Source: a phage
Reading direction: 5' to 3' (one strand)
Sequence record: PX421306.1
Length of the DNA stretch: 64,000 nt
The notes below the pieces were generated by a model. The model was not told the origin of the DNA and did not search any database. It saw nothing but the letters and a program-made list of their open reading frames with translations. Both the position numbers and the translations under genes were made by a program. Within the stretch, counting starts at the first letter, position 1; each line of letters starts with the position of its first letter. Positions 17,557 through 29,500 of the stretch are shown here, one piece after another.

Positions 17557-17579
17557 TTTATTCTCCTCGGTAGTTGATA

Positions 17580-17620
17580 GGGTAATAGTATCACAACTAA
17601 AACCCTATGTAAACAACTTT
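17580..17620 (-). promoter_or_regulatory. early-type promoter
   Basis: Minus-strand GTTTAC (17609-17614) and TACTAT (17585-17590). Confidence 0.5.
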
Positions 17621-17632
17621 GTGAAATATTTA

Positions 17633-17920
17633 TTACAAAAGATTTTTAGCAATAATCTTGAGATGTGCCGCAGAAATGTGTTTAGCTTTAAACAACGCAG
17701 TTTCTTCAGCAGGAGAGATAATGATTGTAGCACCATCCTTTTTAGCAGACCACCCATCACCTAGGTAAACAGTACCTTTGATTTCTTCGCCATCAACCAA
17801 ACTAATCATTGGTTTACCTTCTCGTCCTTTATTTGCTTTAATAACTTCAGAAGTAAGAGTAGCTTCAGTAATAGTAGAAACCGGGGTAGTTGTAGAAGTA
17901 AATTCTTTGAAAGTTTTCAT
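17633..17920 (-). CDS. ipI: internal head protein I (injected, anti-restriction in T4)
   Basis: 95 aa as in T4 IPI; 19-residue leader MKTFKEFTSTTTPVSTITE then A, consistent with the IPI prosequence. Confidence 0.8.
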   Translation of the reverse strand: MKTFKEFTSTTTPVSTITEATLTSEVIKANKGREGKPMISLVDGEEIKGTVYLGDGWSAKKDGATIIISPAEETALFKAKHISAAHLKIIAKNLL

Positions 17921-17944
17921 TTTATTTTCCTAATTAATTTTGAT

Positions 17945-17985
17945 GAGATAATAGTATCACTACCTCATCAACGTGTAAACAACTT
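17945..17985 (-). promoter_or_regulatory. early-type promoter upstream of ipI
   Basis: Minus-strand GTTTAC (17975-17980) and TACTAT (17951-17956); near-duplicate of the 17580-17620 element. Confidence 0.5.
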
Positions 17986-17992
17986 TGTGAAA

Positions 17993-18689
<697 letters not shown>

Positions 18690-18690
<1 letters not shown>

Positions 18691-19403
18691 TATAGTACCT
18701 TTAGTGTATTTTTAATTTTAGAAAAAAGTTCTTCAAGAGAACCATCATTTGTAATTACTAAATCACCATCACGAATTGGCAATCCAGCTTCTGTAATATG
18801 AGTATCATTGGATTTTTGACCAGGACGAACTACATGAATTACTGTAGCACCCATCGCCCTAGCCGCATCCATTTCATGATCTTGACGAGTATCAGGAACG
18901 ATATAATAATCATAACCTGAATTAAATTTATCAAGATAATCTAAAGCAAATAATTTTACCCAATACATGCGGTCGAAGTTATTAACAATCAAATCCGTAC
19001 CTAGGGCTTGCATCAGACGACGGACTGACCATTGATCTTCAATATTATTTATAACGTCAGCAATCTTGTTAAATGCTACGAAATTAACTGCGTCATCAAA
19101 AACAAACACACCTTTAATTGGGCTTTTACTATTAAGATAGCAAAATGCTTGTTCCATAATCGTAATTACTTCTAATTTAGTCAGATTTAAATTAGTCTCA
19201 CGATCATAGTCAATTCCTTCAAACTCTTTACGAGTTAAGCAAGGATAGTCAGTGTTTGCTGCAAATACACCCCATGCATAAGCCAATGCATCCTTAATAG
19301 GACCAGCAAGTTGATATTTAACTGCAGAATAATTATTCATAATAAAATCTGCAGTAGTATCTTTTCCACTACGCTTTACACCACTTAAAAAGATTAGTTT
19401 CAT
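18690..19403 (-). CDS. 1: deoxynucleoside monophosphate kinase
   Basis: 237 aa; P-loop LSGVKRSGKDT; synteny 57A-1-3-2-4. Confidence 0.92.
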
Positions 19404-19452
19404 ATGTTTCTCCTCAAATTTAGTTAAGATTATAACACATGAAACTGAAGCA

Positions 19453-19983
19453 TTAAACTTCTGCTATAATTTTGCCATCTTTTTCTACTTGAAAATACGT
19501 ATAAGGAATCGTTGCTGTACATACTAAAGCTGGGTCTGAATCTTCCGTGTAGCTAAATTCTACTTCAGACAGGTCAGAAACCCAAGGCTTATAAAAATTT
19601 ATTGACATCACGATTTCAGTTTTACTGTTATCTAAAATGTAAAGCGTAATGTATTCAGGACCTGTTTTTTGGGCAGTATTTTCGCCTGTAAGATAGTTAC
19701 TAGTTCCTAGCATCCATTCATACATTCCTATCCACGACTTAAGCTCTTCATCAACTATAAATCTCACAATGAGTGGGTCGTACTCAAATGTAACTCCTGG
19801 ACGCTGTGCTCGGCCTAGTCCAAACGGCCCAGTCACGGTATCAGTAACAGGTATCCTAATTCCCGGAATAGGAACTGACTGAGCATTTAAAGTAAAAGCA
19901 GATGTAGTATTACTATGTGGTATTGATACTACAAAGTTAGTTGTATTTGCTTGGTTAAAAATTTGTTGTAGTGCTTGCGACAT
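19453..19983 (-). CDS. 3: gp3 tail tube terminator/completion protein
   Basis: Start set at internal ATG (MSQALQQ...) giving 176 aa, the T4 gp3 length; synteny. Confidence 0.85.
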   Translation of the reverse strand: MSQALQQIFNQANTTNFVVSIPHSNTTSAFTLNAQSVPIPGIRIPVTDTVTGPFGLGRAQRPGVTFEYDPLIVRFIVDEELKSWIGMYEWMLGTSNYLTGENTAQKTGPEYITLYILDNSKTEIVMSINFYKPWVSDLSEVEFSYTEDSDPALVCTATIPYTYFQVEKDGKIIAEV

Positions 19984-20089
19984 ATATTCCTCATAATGCT
20001 TCATAAATGTTGGTGGTATAATGGGTCTAAGTCCCTTCCATTCAATTCCAATTAGAACAAACAATAGAAAAGAATGGAAGATAATAGAA

Positions 20090-20914
20090 TTAGATATTTG
20101 ACCAGACTTTGTTTGCAGAGAAACGTTTTCCTTTTGAAACGAACTGCTGAAGTGGCATTAATACAACGTTCGCCCAGTCTTTCGGGGCGATTTCAACAAG
20201 GCTACCCATAATATTACCAGGTATATATGCCTTAATCATTTGGTCTGCACCCCTAAATCCTTTCACTTGACTCCAATCAATTTTTAATTTCGTTTTATTA
20301 GTAATAGTAGGTGTATTTGAATATTGCTTTAAAAGCTCTTCTAGAAATTGCTGACGAGCTTTAGGTGGAATATAGTGCAAGTTCAATCCATACATTAAAT
20401 TATGTTTACCTAAACCGAGGTAAATTATCAAAGGAAATTTATCCCAATAAGGAAGAGTTTCCTTGTGTTTAGCATCATAAGCAAAAGCATATATTCGTCC
20501 CGGCTGCGGGCGAACAACTTTATGTCCTTTTACTTGCTTAATAGTTTCAGCAAACCACTTTCTGGTTTTATTATTAATTGCTGCACCTTCATTACGAATT
20601 TTATCACGCAACGTTTGCCTGAATGAATTTATCATAAGCAGTTGTCTTTCTTGCTTATTGAGTTTATTCATTGGTTTTGATTCAAGCTTTTGAATCTTTT
20701 CAGCCGTTTTAATTCCTGAAGCATATTTTGACATTGCCGAAGTAAACGTAGAATATTTAATTCCTCTTTCTTCAGCAAATTGCTTTCCTGTCATTCCTTT
20801 TGCTTTGGCCTTTTTGTATTCAAGACCTATCTGAATCCATTTCTTTTCGTTTAATGATTGCTTAACCTTTGGAACTTGGGGAGTGCTTTCATTAATTATT
20901 TGAAAAATAGCCAT
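20090..20914 (-). CDS. 2: gp2 DNA end-protector protein
   Basis: 274 aa as T4 gp2; synteny; 1-nt overlap with gene 4. Confidence 0.88.
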   Translation of the reverse strand: MAIFQIINESTPQVPKVKQSLNEKKWIQIGLEYKKAKAKGMTGKQFAEERGIKYSTFTSAMSKYASGIKTAEKIQKLESKPMNKLNKQERQLLMINSFRQTLRDKIRNEGAAINNKTRKWFAETIKQVKGHKVVRPQPGRIYAFAYDAKHKETLPYWDKFPLIIYLGLGKHNLMYGLNLHYIPPKARQQFLEELLKQYSNTPTITNKTKLKIDWSQVKGFRGADQMIKAYIPGNIMGSLVEIAPKDWANVVLMPLQQFVSKGKRFSANKVWSNI

Positions 20915-21366
20915 TATGCCCCCTTAAAGCCAAGAGCTCGTAATCCATCTTCTGTTAGAATTCTAAATTTTATTCCACGCTTTTCAGCTAAAGCTTGCGC
21001 TGCTTTCCATTTATCAGTGTTAACAGAATATGTATAAATTTCATTCATAAATCTTTTCTTCGCTGCGGTTGTTAGATGTGCTGGTTTAACTGGTGGTTGT
21101 GTTTCTTTTTTAGGTTTTATTTCAATAAAAAATTCTTGTCCAGAAGAATCTTTCATCCAAATATCCATGAAGTATCTACGTTTTTTCCCTTCTGCATTAC
21201 AAAAATAAGGAATTACTGCTGTTTCACTACCCCATGCAATAATTTCTGGATTTTTATCTAACCATTCAAAAAAGAATTTTTCCCAATTTGATCTATACGT
21301 AATTTTTTTAGGGTCACCTCTGTATTTTGATATATTTTTAGGAACCCATTTTCCAGAATATGCCAT
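20914..21366 (-). CDS. 4: gp4 head completion protein
   Basis: 150 aa as T4 gp4; divergent from gene 53 with late-promoter motif upstream. Confidence 0.88.
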   Translation of the reverse strand: MAYSGKWVPKNISKYRGDPKKITYRSNWEKFFFEWLDKNPEIIAWGSETAVIPYFCNAEGKKRRYFMDIWMKDSSGQEFFIEIKPKKETQPPVKPAHLTTAAKKRFMNEIYTYSVNTDKWKAAQALAEKRGIKFRILTEDGLRALGFKGA

Positions 21367-21377
21367 TGGATTCTCCT

Positions 21378-21400
21378 TATAAATAGATAATATATTTATA
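21378..21400. promoter_or_regulatory. divergent late promoters (TATAAATA) for genes 53 (+) and 4 (-)
   Basis: Plus TATAAATA at 21378-21385; minus-strand TATAAATA at 21393-21400. Confidence 0.6.
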
Positions 21401-21413
21401 AACAGGAGGGCCC

Positions 21414-22004
21414 ATGCTCTTTACATTTTTTGATCCGATTGAATATGCGGCCAAAACGGTGAATAAAAACGCGCCGACTATTCCTATGACAGATATTTTT
21501 AGAAACTATAAAGACTATTTCAAACGCGCTCTTGCGGGATATCGCTTACGTACTTATTATATTAAAGGTTCACCACGCCCGGAAGAATTAGCAAATGCTA
21601 TATATGGAAATCCGCAGTTGTATTGGGTTTTATTGATGTGTAATGATAATTATGATCCGTATTATGGATGGATTACTTCGCAAGAAGCTGCTTATCAAGC
21701 ATCTATACAAAAATACAAAAACGTAGGTGGAGACCAAATAGTATATCACGTGAATGAGAATGGTGAAAAATTTTATAATTTAATATCATACGATGATAAT
21801 CCATATGTTTGGTATGATAAAGGCGATAAAGCTAGAAAATATCCTCAATATGAAGGAGCACTTGCTGCGGTCGATACGTATGAAGCTGCTGTTCTTGAAA
21901 ATGAAAAACTTCGTCAAATAAAAATAATAGCAAAATCAGACATCAATTCATTTATGAACGACCTTATACGTATAATGGAGAAATCTTATGGAAATGATAA
22001 GTAA
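21414..22004 (+). CDS. 53: gp53 baseplate wedge protein
   Basis: 196 aa; synteny at head of late baseplate operon; TATAAATA and GGAGG upstream. Confidence 0.9.
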   Translation: MLFTFFDPIEYAAKTVNKNAPTIPMTDIFRNYKDYFKRALAGYRLRTYYIKGSPRPEELANAIYGNPQLYWVLLMCNDNYDPYYGWITSQEAAYQASIQKYKNVGGDQIVYHVNENGEKFYNLISYDDNPYVWYDKGDKARKYPQYEGALAAVDTYEAAVLENEKLRQIKIIAKSDINSFMNDLIRIMEKSYGNDK

Positions 22005-23715
22005 TAACCTCAACTGGTTTGTTGGTGTTGTTGAAGATAGAATGGACCCATTAAAATTAGGTCGTGTTCGTGTTCGTGTGGTTGGTCTGCATCCACCTCA
22101 AAGAGCGCAAGGCGACGTAATGGGTATTCCAACCGATAAATTGCCATGGATGTCAGTTATTCAACCTATAACTTCTGCAGCAATGTCTGGAATTGGAGGT
22201 TCCGTTACTGGACCAGTAGAAGGAACTAGAGTTTATGGTCATTTTTTAGACAAATGGAAAACTAACGGAATTGTCCTTGGTACTTATGGCGGAATAGTTC
22301 GCGAAAAACCTAATAGACTTGAAGGATTTTCTGACCCAACTGGTCAGTATCCTAGACGTCTAGGAAATGATACTAACGTATTAAACCAAGGCGGAGAAGT
22401 AGGATATGATTCGTCTTCTAATATTATTCAAGATAGTAATCTAGACACTGCGATAAATCCTGATGATAGACCGCTATCAGAGATTCCAACTGATGATAAT
22501 CCAAATATGTCAATGGCTGAAATGCTTCGCCGTGATGAAGGATTAAGACTAAAAGTTTATTGGGATACCGAAGGATATCCGACAATTGGTATTGGTCATC
22601 TTATCATGAAGCAGCCAGTTCGTGATATGGCCCAAATTAATAAAGTTTTATCAAAACAGGTTGGTCGTGAAATTACCGGAAATCCAGGTTCTATTACAAT
22701 GGAAGAAGCGGTAGCTTTATTTGAACGTGATTTGGCTGATATGCAACGTGACATTAAATCACATTCTAAAGTTGGCCCAGTTTGGCAGGCAGTTAATCGT
22801 TCTCGTCAAATGGCGTTAGAAAATATGGCATTTCAAATGGGTGTTGGCGGTGTAGCTAAATTTAACACAATGTTAACTGCTATGTTAGCCGGAGATTGGG
22901 AAAAAGCATATAAAGCCGGACGCGATTCATTGTGGTATCAACAAACAAAAGGCCGTGCATCCCGTGTTACCATGATTATTCTTACAGGGAATTTGGAATC
23001 ATACGGTATTGAAGTGAAAACACCGGCTAGGTCTTTGTCTGCAATGGCTGCTACTGTAGCAAAGTCTTCTGACCCGGCTGACCCTCCTATTCCGAATGAT
23101 TCAAGAATTTTATTCAAAGAACCTGTTTCTTCATATAAAGGTGAATATCCGTATGTTCACACAATGGAAACTGAAAGCGGTCATATTCAGGAATTTGACG
23201 ATACCCCGGGACAAGAACGATACAGATTAGTTCATCCGACTGGAACATATGAGGAAGTATCACCGTCAGGAAGAAGAACAAGAAAAACTGTTGATAATTT
23301 GTATGATATAACAAATGCTGATGGTAATTTTTTAGTAGCCGGCGATAAAAAGACTAACGTCGGTGGATCAGAAATTTATTACAACATGGATAATCGTCTT
23401 CACCAAATAGATGGAAGCAACACAATATTTGTGCGTGGCGATGAAACTAAGACAGTTGAAGGTAATGGAACTATCCTAGTCAAAGGTAATGTTACTATTG
23501 TAGTTGAAGGTAATGCTGACATTACAGTTAAAGGAGATGCTACTACTTTAGTTGAAGGAAATCAAACTAATACAGTAAATGGAAATCTTTCTTGGAAAGT
23601 TGCTGGTACAGTTGATTGGGACGTTGGTGGCGATTGGACAGAAAAAATGACATCTATGAGTTCTATTTCATCTGGTCAATACACAATTGATGGATCGAGG
23701 ATTGACATTGGCTAA
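21988..23715 (+). CDS. 5: gp5 baseplate hub cell-puncturing protein with lysozyme domain
   Basis: 575 aa; internal T4-lysozyme-like domain (MLRRDEGLRLKVYWDTEGYPTIGIGHL) and C-terminal VxGxxxxx beta-helix repeats. Confidence 0.95.
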   Translation: MEMISNNLNWFVGVVEDRMDPLKLGRVRVRVVGLHPPQRAQGDVMGIPTDKLPWMSVIQPITSAAMSGIGGSVTGPVEGTRVYGHFLDKWKTNGIVLGTYGGIVREKPNRLEGFSDPTGQYPRRLGNDTNVLNQGGEVGYDSSSNIIQDSNLDTAINPDDRPLSEIPTDDNPNMSMAEMLRRDEGLRLKVYWDTEGYPTIGIGHLIMKQPVRDMAQINKVLSKQVGREITGNPGSITMEEAVALFERDLADMQRDIKSHSKVGPVWQAVNRSRQMALENMAFQMGVGGVAKFNTMLTAMLAGDWEKAYKAGRDSLWYQQTKGRASRVTMIILTGNLESYGIEVKTPARSLSAMAATVAKSSDPADPPIPNDSRILFKEPVSSYKGEYPYVHTMETESGHIQEFDDTPGQERYRLVHPTGTYEEVSPSGRRTRKTVDNLYDITNADGNFLVAGDKKTNVGGSEIYYNMDNRLHQIDGSNTIFVRGDETKTVEGNGTILVKGNVTIVVEGNADITVKGDATTLVEGNQTNTVNGNLSWKVAGTVDWDVGGDWTEKMTSMSSISSGQYTIDGSRIDIG

Positions 23716-23749
23716 TATACTTCCAATGAGCGCTGATTTAGGAGAATCC

Positions 23750-24244
23750 ATGGAAGGTTCTTCTATCGACGTCACCTTTACCGCTCAATTAGAAACAGGT
23801 GAAACGTTAGTATCTATAAATATAACTAGTTACGAAGAAACTCCTGGGGTTTTAGTAGAAGAAAATCGTTTATATGGAACGTATGAATCTGTATTTGGAT
23901 TTGGAAATGACGCATTGAAATATCGTTTAGATAATGAATTTAAAACTGCTGCTTCATGGGAAGACCTTCCAACTGATTCTAATACTCAGTTATATCTATG
24001 GAACGCTCCTCAAAACCTCCAGAAGACATTCACTTACGAAGTAACATTAATATATGACTACCAAGAACAAAGTGAATCTGGAGGTTCTGGCAGTAATTCT
24101 AGGTCATCTTCTGATACTACTGAACCAACGAATCCTCCAGCTCCAATAAGAAAAACTCTTGTTAAAAATTATACAAAAACTATAGTTGGAAATTGGAGTC
24201 GTTGGGCTAATAAATTGAGAAGCTATGTGTATGAGAGGCCATAA
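23750..24244 (+). CDS. hypothetical protein between gp5 and gp5.4 (5.1-like)
   Basis: Start set at ATG 23750 preceded by AGGAGAAT RBS (track ORF begins 23687 inside gene 5); Ser/Gly-rich C-terminal part. Confidence 0.55.
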   Translation: MEGSSIDVTFTAQLETGETLVSINITSYEETPGVLVEENRLYGTYESVFGFGNDALKYRLDNEFKTAASWEDLPTDSNTQLYLWNAPQNLQKTFTYEVTLIYDYQEQSESGGSGSNSRSSSDTTEPTNPPAPIRKTLVKNYTKTIVGNWSRWANKLRSYVYERP

Positions 24245-24538
24245 ATGTCAGGATTAAGTTACGATAAGTGTGTTACTGCTGGCCATGCTTCATGGCCTCC
24301 AACAGTTGTGAATGCCACACAAAGTAAAGTATTCACTGGAGGAATTGCTGTTCTCGTAGCAGGTGATCCAATTACAGAACATACAGAAATTAAAAAGCCA
24401 TATGAAACACATGGCGGAGTGACACAACCTAGAACTTCTAAGGTATATGTCACTGGAAAGAAAGCTGTTCAAATGGCTGATCCAATATCATGCGGTGATA
24501 CTGTGGCTCAGGCATCATCTAAAGTATTCATTAAATAG
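24245..24538 (+). CDS. 5.4: gp5.4 PAAR-repeat spike-tip protein
   Basis: 97 aa; PAAR-like motifs (PITEHTE, GGV, CGDTVAQ); position immediately after gene 5. Confidence 0.85.
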   Translation: MSGLSYDKCVTAGHASWPPTVVNATQSKVFTGGIAVLVAGDPITEHTEIKKPYETHGGVTQPRTSKVYVTGKKAVQMADPISCGDTVAQASSKVFIK

Positions 24539-24546
24539 GATTTAAA

Positions 24547-26529
24547 ATGGCAAATACCCCTGTAAATTATCAATTAACAAGAACAGCAAATGCTATTCCC
24601 GAGATATTCGTCGGGGGTACATTTGCTGAAATAAAACAAAACCTCATTGAATGGCTTAATGGTCAAAATGAATTTTTGGATTATGATTTTGAAGGCTCGA
24701 GATTAAACGTTCTATGCGACCTTTTGGCTTATAATACATTGTACATTCAGCAGTTTGGTAATGCTGCCTTGTATGAAAGCTTTATGCGTACTGCTAACTT
24801 ACGTAGTTCAGTAGTTCAAGCGGCACAAGATAATGGATATTTACCTACTTCAAAATCGGCTGCTCAAACTGAAATTATGCTAACTTGTACAGATGCATTG
24901 AATAGAAATTACATTACTATTCCTCGTGGTACTCGCTTTTTAGCATATGCAAAGGATACTTCTGTTAATCCTTATAACTTTGTATCTACCGAAGATGTTA
25001 TTGCTATTCGTGATAAAAATAACCAATATTTTCCGCGTTTAAAATTAGCCCAGGGACGTATAGTAAGAACTGAAATCATTTATGATAAATTAACACCTAT
25101 TATCATTTATGACAAAAATATAGATAGAAACCAAGTTAAACTATACGTTGATGGAGCAGAATGGATTAACTGGACAAGAAAGTCAATGGTTCATGCTGGT
25201 TCTACATCAACAATTTACTACATGCGTGAAACTATTGATGGAAATACTGAATTTTATTTTGGTGAAGGTGAGATTTCTGTTAACGCGGCAGAAGGAGCAT
25301 TGACCGCTAATTATATTGGAGGTCTTAAACCTACTCAGAACTCTACGATTGTTATTGAGTACATCAGTACTAACGGTGCAGATGCGAATGGCGCAGTCGG
25401 ATTTTCATACGCAGATACATTAACAAATATAACTGTCATCAATATTAATGAAAACCCAAACGATGACCCAGATTTTGTTGGGGCAGATGGCGGCGGCGAC
25501 CCAGAAGATATTGAACGTATTCGCGAATTGGGTACTATTAAACGTGAAACCCAGCAACGCTGCGTAACTGCGACTGACTATGATACATTCGTTTCAGAGA
25601 GATTTGGTTCTATTATTCAAGCAGTTCAGACTTTCACTGATTCTACTAAACCTGGTTATGCATTTATTGCTGCTAAACCTAAATCAGGTCTGTATTTAAC
25701 TACTGTACAACGCGAAGATATTAAAAATTATCTCAAAGACTATAATTTAGCTCCTATTACGCCATCAATTATTTCTCCTAATTATCTTTTTATTAAGACT
25801 AATTTAAAAGTCACATATGCTTTAAATAAGCTGCAAGAATCTGAGCAGTGGCTCGAAGGTCAAATAATTGATAAAATTGATCGTTATTATACCGAAGATG
25901 TAGAAATTTTTAACTCATCTTTCGCTAAATCTAAGATGTTGACATATGTAGATGATGCAGATCATTCTATCATTGGCTCATCCGCGACAATTCAAATAGT
26001 ACGTGAAGTACAAAACTTCTATAAAACGCCTGAAGCAGGTATTAAATACAATAATCAAATAAAAGATCGTTCTATGGAATCTAATACGTTTTCATTTAAT
26101 TCTGGACGAAAGGTTGTAAATCCTGATACTGGTTTAGAAGAAGATGTATTATATGACGTTCGTATAGTATCAACAGACCGAGATTCTAAAGGAACTGGTA
26201 AAGTTATTATTGGTCCATTTGCTTCTGGCGATGTTACAGAAAATGAAAACATTCAGCCATATACAGGCAACGATTTTAACAAATTAGCAAATTCTGATGG
26301 ACGCGACAAATACTATATTATCGGTGAAATAAATTATCCAGCTGATGTGATTTATTGGAATATCGCTAAAATTAATTTAACATCTGAAAAATTTGAAGTT
26401 CAGACTATTGAATTATATTCTGACCCAACAGATGATGTTATCTTTACTCGCGATGGTTCACTGATTGTATTTGAAAATGACTTACGTCCACAATACTTAA
26501 CTATCGATTTGGAGCCTATATCACAATGA
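24547..26529 (+). CDS. 6: gp6 baseplate wedge protein
   Basis: 660 aa as T4 gp6; synteny. Confidence 0.93.
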   Translation: MANTPVNYQLTRTANAIPEIFVGGTFAEIKQNLIEWLNGQNEFLDYDFEGSRLNVLCDLLAYNTLYIQQFGNAALYESFMRTANLRSSVVQAAQDNGYLPTSKSAAQTEIMLTCTDALNRNYITIPRGTRFLAYAKDTSVNPYNFVSTEDVIAIRDKNNQYFPRLKLAQGRIVRTEIIYDKLTPIIIYDKNIDRNQVKLYVDGAEWINWTRKSMVHAGSTSTIYYMRETIDGNTEFYFGEGEISVNAAEGALTANYIGGLKPTQNSTIVIEYISTNGADANGAVGFSYADTLTNITVININENPNDDPDFVGADGGGDPEDIERIRELGTIKRETQQRCVTATDYDTFVSERFGSIIQAVQTFTDSTKPGYAFIAAKPKSGLYLTTVQREDIKNYLKDYNLAPITPSIISPNYLFIKTNLKVTYALNKLQESEQWLEGQIIDKIDRYYTEDVEIFNSSFAKSKMLTYVDDADHSIIGSSATIQIVREVQNFYKTPEAGIKYNNQIKDRSMESNTFSFNSGRKVVNPDTGLEEDVLYDVRIVSTDRDSKGTGKVIIGPFASGDVTENENIQPYTGNDFNKLANSDGRDKYYIIGEINYPADVIYWNIAKINLTSEKFEVQTIELYSDPTDDVIFTRDGSLIVFENDLRPQYLTIDLEPISQ

Positions 26530-29500
26530 CAGTAAAAGCACCTTCAGTCACTAGTCTCAGAATTTCCAAGTTATCCGCAAATCAGGTGCAAGTACGCTGG
26601 GATGACGTTGGTGCTAATTTCTACTATTTTGTAGAAATTGCTGAGACAAAAACAAACTCGGGGGAAAATCTCCCGAGTAATCAATACAGATGGATTAACT
26701 TAGGATATACTGCAAATAACAGCTTCTTTTTTGATGATGCTGACCCATTGACATCATATGTTATTAGAGTAGCTACAGCTGCGCAAGATTTTGAGCAGTC
26801 TGATTGGATTTATACCGAAGAGTTTGAAACTTTTGCTACAAATGCTTATACATTTCAAAACATGATTGAAATGCAATTAGCTAATAAATTCATTCAGGAA
26901 AAATTTACTCTTAATAATTCTGATTATGTCAATTTTAACAATGACACTATAATGGCTGCATTGATGAATGAATCGTTCCAATTCAGCCCGTCATATGTTG
27001 ATGTTTCATCAATAAGTAATTTTATTATTGGTGAAAATGAGTATCATGAAATACAAGGTTCTATTCAGCAAGTATGTAAGGATATTAACCGAGTTTATTT
27101 GATGGAATCAGAAGGGATTCTATACCTTTTTGAGCGTTATCAACCTGTAGTTAAAGTATCCAATGATAAAGGACAAACTTGGAAAGCTGTAAAGCTCTTC
27201 AATGACCGCGTAGGATATCCTTTATCTAAGACAGTATATTACCAATCTGCGAACACAACATACGTTCTAGGATACGACAAGATTTTCTATGGCCGCAAAT
27301 CGACTGATGTTAGATGGTCAGCTGACGATGTCAGATTTAGTTCACAGGATATAACATTCGCTAAACTCGGTGACCAATTACATCTAGGATTTGATGTAGA
27401 AATTTTTGCCACTTACGCAACTTTACCAGCTAATGTATACCGTATTGCAGAAGCTATTACTTGCACCGATGATTACATTTACGTTGTCGCCAGAGACAAA
27501 GTTAGATACATAAAAACGAGTAATGCACCTATAGATTCTGATCCATTATCTCCGACATATTCGGAAAGACTTTTTGAACCTGATACAATGACTATAACCG
27601 GAAATCCTAAAGCAGTATGCTATAAAATGGATTCTGTCGGTGATAAAGTTTTTGCTCTTATTATTGGTGAAGTTGAAACATTAAATGCTAATCCTAGAAC
27701 ATCAAAAATAATTGATTCTGCTGATAAAGGAATATATGTTTTAAATCACGACACAAAAACATGGAAAAGAGTTTTTGGCAACACTGAAGAAGAAAGAAGA
27801 CGTATTCAACCAGGGTATGCGAATATGTCAACTGATGGTAAATTAGTTTCTCTATCATCGAGTAATTTTAAATTTTTAAGTGATAATGTTGTTAATGACC
27901 CTGAAACTACAGCAAAATATCAGTTAATCGGTGCTGTTAAATATGAATTTCCTCGTGAATGGTTAGCTGATAAGCATTATCATATGATGGCATTTATAGC
28001 AGATGAAAAGTCTGATTGGGAAACTTTTACTCCTCAGCCGATGAAATACTATGCAGAACCATTCTTTAACTGGTCTAAAAAATCCAACACACGTTGTTGG
28101 ATAAACAACTCTGATAGGGTTGTAGTAGTTTATGCTGATTTAAAATACACCAAAGTTATAGAAAATATTCCGGAAACATCACCAGATAGATTAGTTCATG
28201 AATACTGGGACGATGGCGATTGCACTATAGTAATGCCAAATGTTAAATTCACTGGATTTAAAAAATATGCATCTGGGATGCTTTTCTATAAAGCCTCTGG
28301 TGAAATAATTTCTTACTATGATTTTAACTATCGTGTTAGAGACACCGTAGAAATTATTTGGAAACCAACTGAAGTATTTTTAAAAGCATTTTTACAAAAC
28401 CAAGAGCATGAAACTCCTTGGTCGCCTGAAGAAGAGCATGGATTAGCTGACCCTGATTTAAGACCATTGATTGGCACAATGATGCCTGATTCTTATTTGC
28501 TACAGGATTCAAATTTTGAGGCATTTTGCGAAGCATATATTCAGTATCTTTCTGATGGATATGGAACTCAGTATAACAATTTACGAAATTTAATTCGTAA
28601 CAAATATCCACGAGAAGAGCATGCATGGGAATATTTGTGGTCAGAGATATATAAAAGAAACATTTATTTGAATGCTGACAAACGCGATGCTGTTGCAAGA
28701 TTTTTCGAATCACGCAGCTATGATTTTTATTCCACTAAAGGAATTGAAGCATCATACAAATTTCTTTTTAAAGTTCTTTATAATGAAGAAGTTGAAATTG
28801 AAATTGAATCTGGGGCTGGTACTGAATATGATATAATCGTTCAATCTGATTCTTTGACTGAAGACTTAGTAGGACAAACAATTTATACAGCTACAGGAAG
28901 ATGTAATGTTACTTATATAGAAAGAAGCTATTCTAATGGTAAATTGCAATGGACTGTAACTATTCATAATCTTTTAGGAAGATTAATTGCCGGTCAAGAA
29001 GTTAAAGCAGAAAGACTCCCTAGTTTCGAAGGCGAAATTATTCGTGGTGTTAAAGGAAAGGATTTGCTTCAAAATAATATAGACTATATTAATAGAAGTC
29101 GATCATATTATGTAATGAAAATTAAATCCAATTTGCCTTCTTCCCGCTGGAAATCTGACGTTATTCGTTTTGTTCATCCAGTAGGATTCGGATTTATAGC
29201 AATTACTCTTTTAACAATGTTTATTAATGTTGGTTTAACTCTTAAACATACAGAGACTATAATTAATAAATACAAAAACTATAAATGGGATTCTGGATTG
29301 CCTACTGAATATGCTGATAGAATAGCTAAATTGACTCCAACCGGTGAAATTGAGCATGATTCGGTAACAGGCGAAGCAATTTATGAACCTGGCCCAATGG
29401 CTGGTGTAAAATATCCTCTTCCTGATGACTATAATGCTGAAAATAATAATTCAATATTTCAAGGTCAATTGCCATCTGAACGACGTAAATTAATGAGTCC

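Noticed and set aside
23440-23620. Tandem about 24-nt periodicity
   Set aside because: Explained by the VxGxxxxx octapeptide beta-helix repeats of the gp5 needle; coding, not an independent repeat element.
28354-28713. 119-aa minus-strand ORF inside gene 7
   Set aside because: Antisense to a long, well-supported structural gene; no RBS or promoter context. Same reasoning applies to other antisense track ORFs inside late genes (e.g. 26055-26252, 29326-29532, 29970-30305, 31564-31752, 32909-33202, 34296-34559, 35834-36157, 43112-43312, 44200-44521, 45472-45971, 47748-48092, 48601-48999, 50447-50961, 55384-55641, 60216-60410, 62508-63012, 63529-63867).
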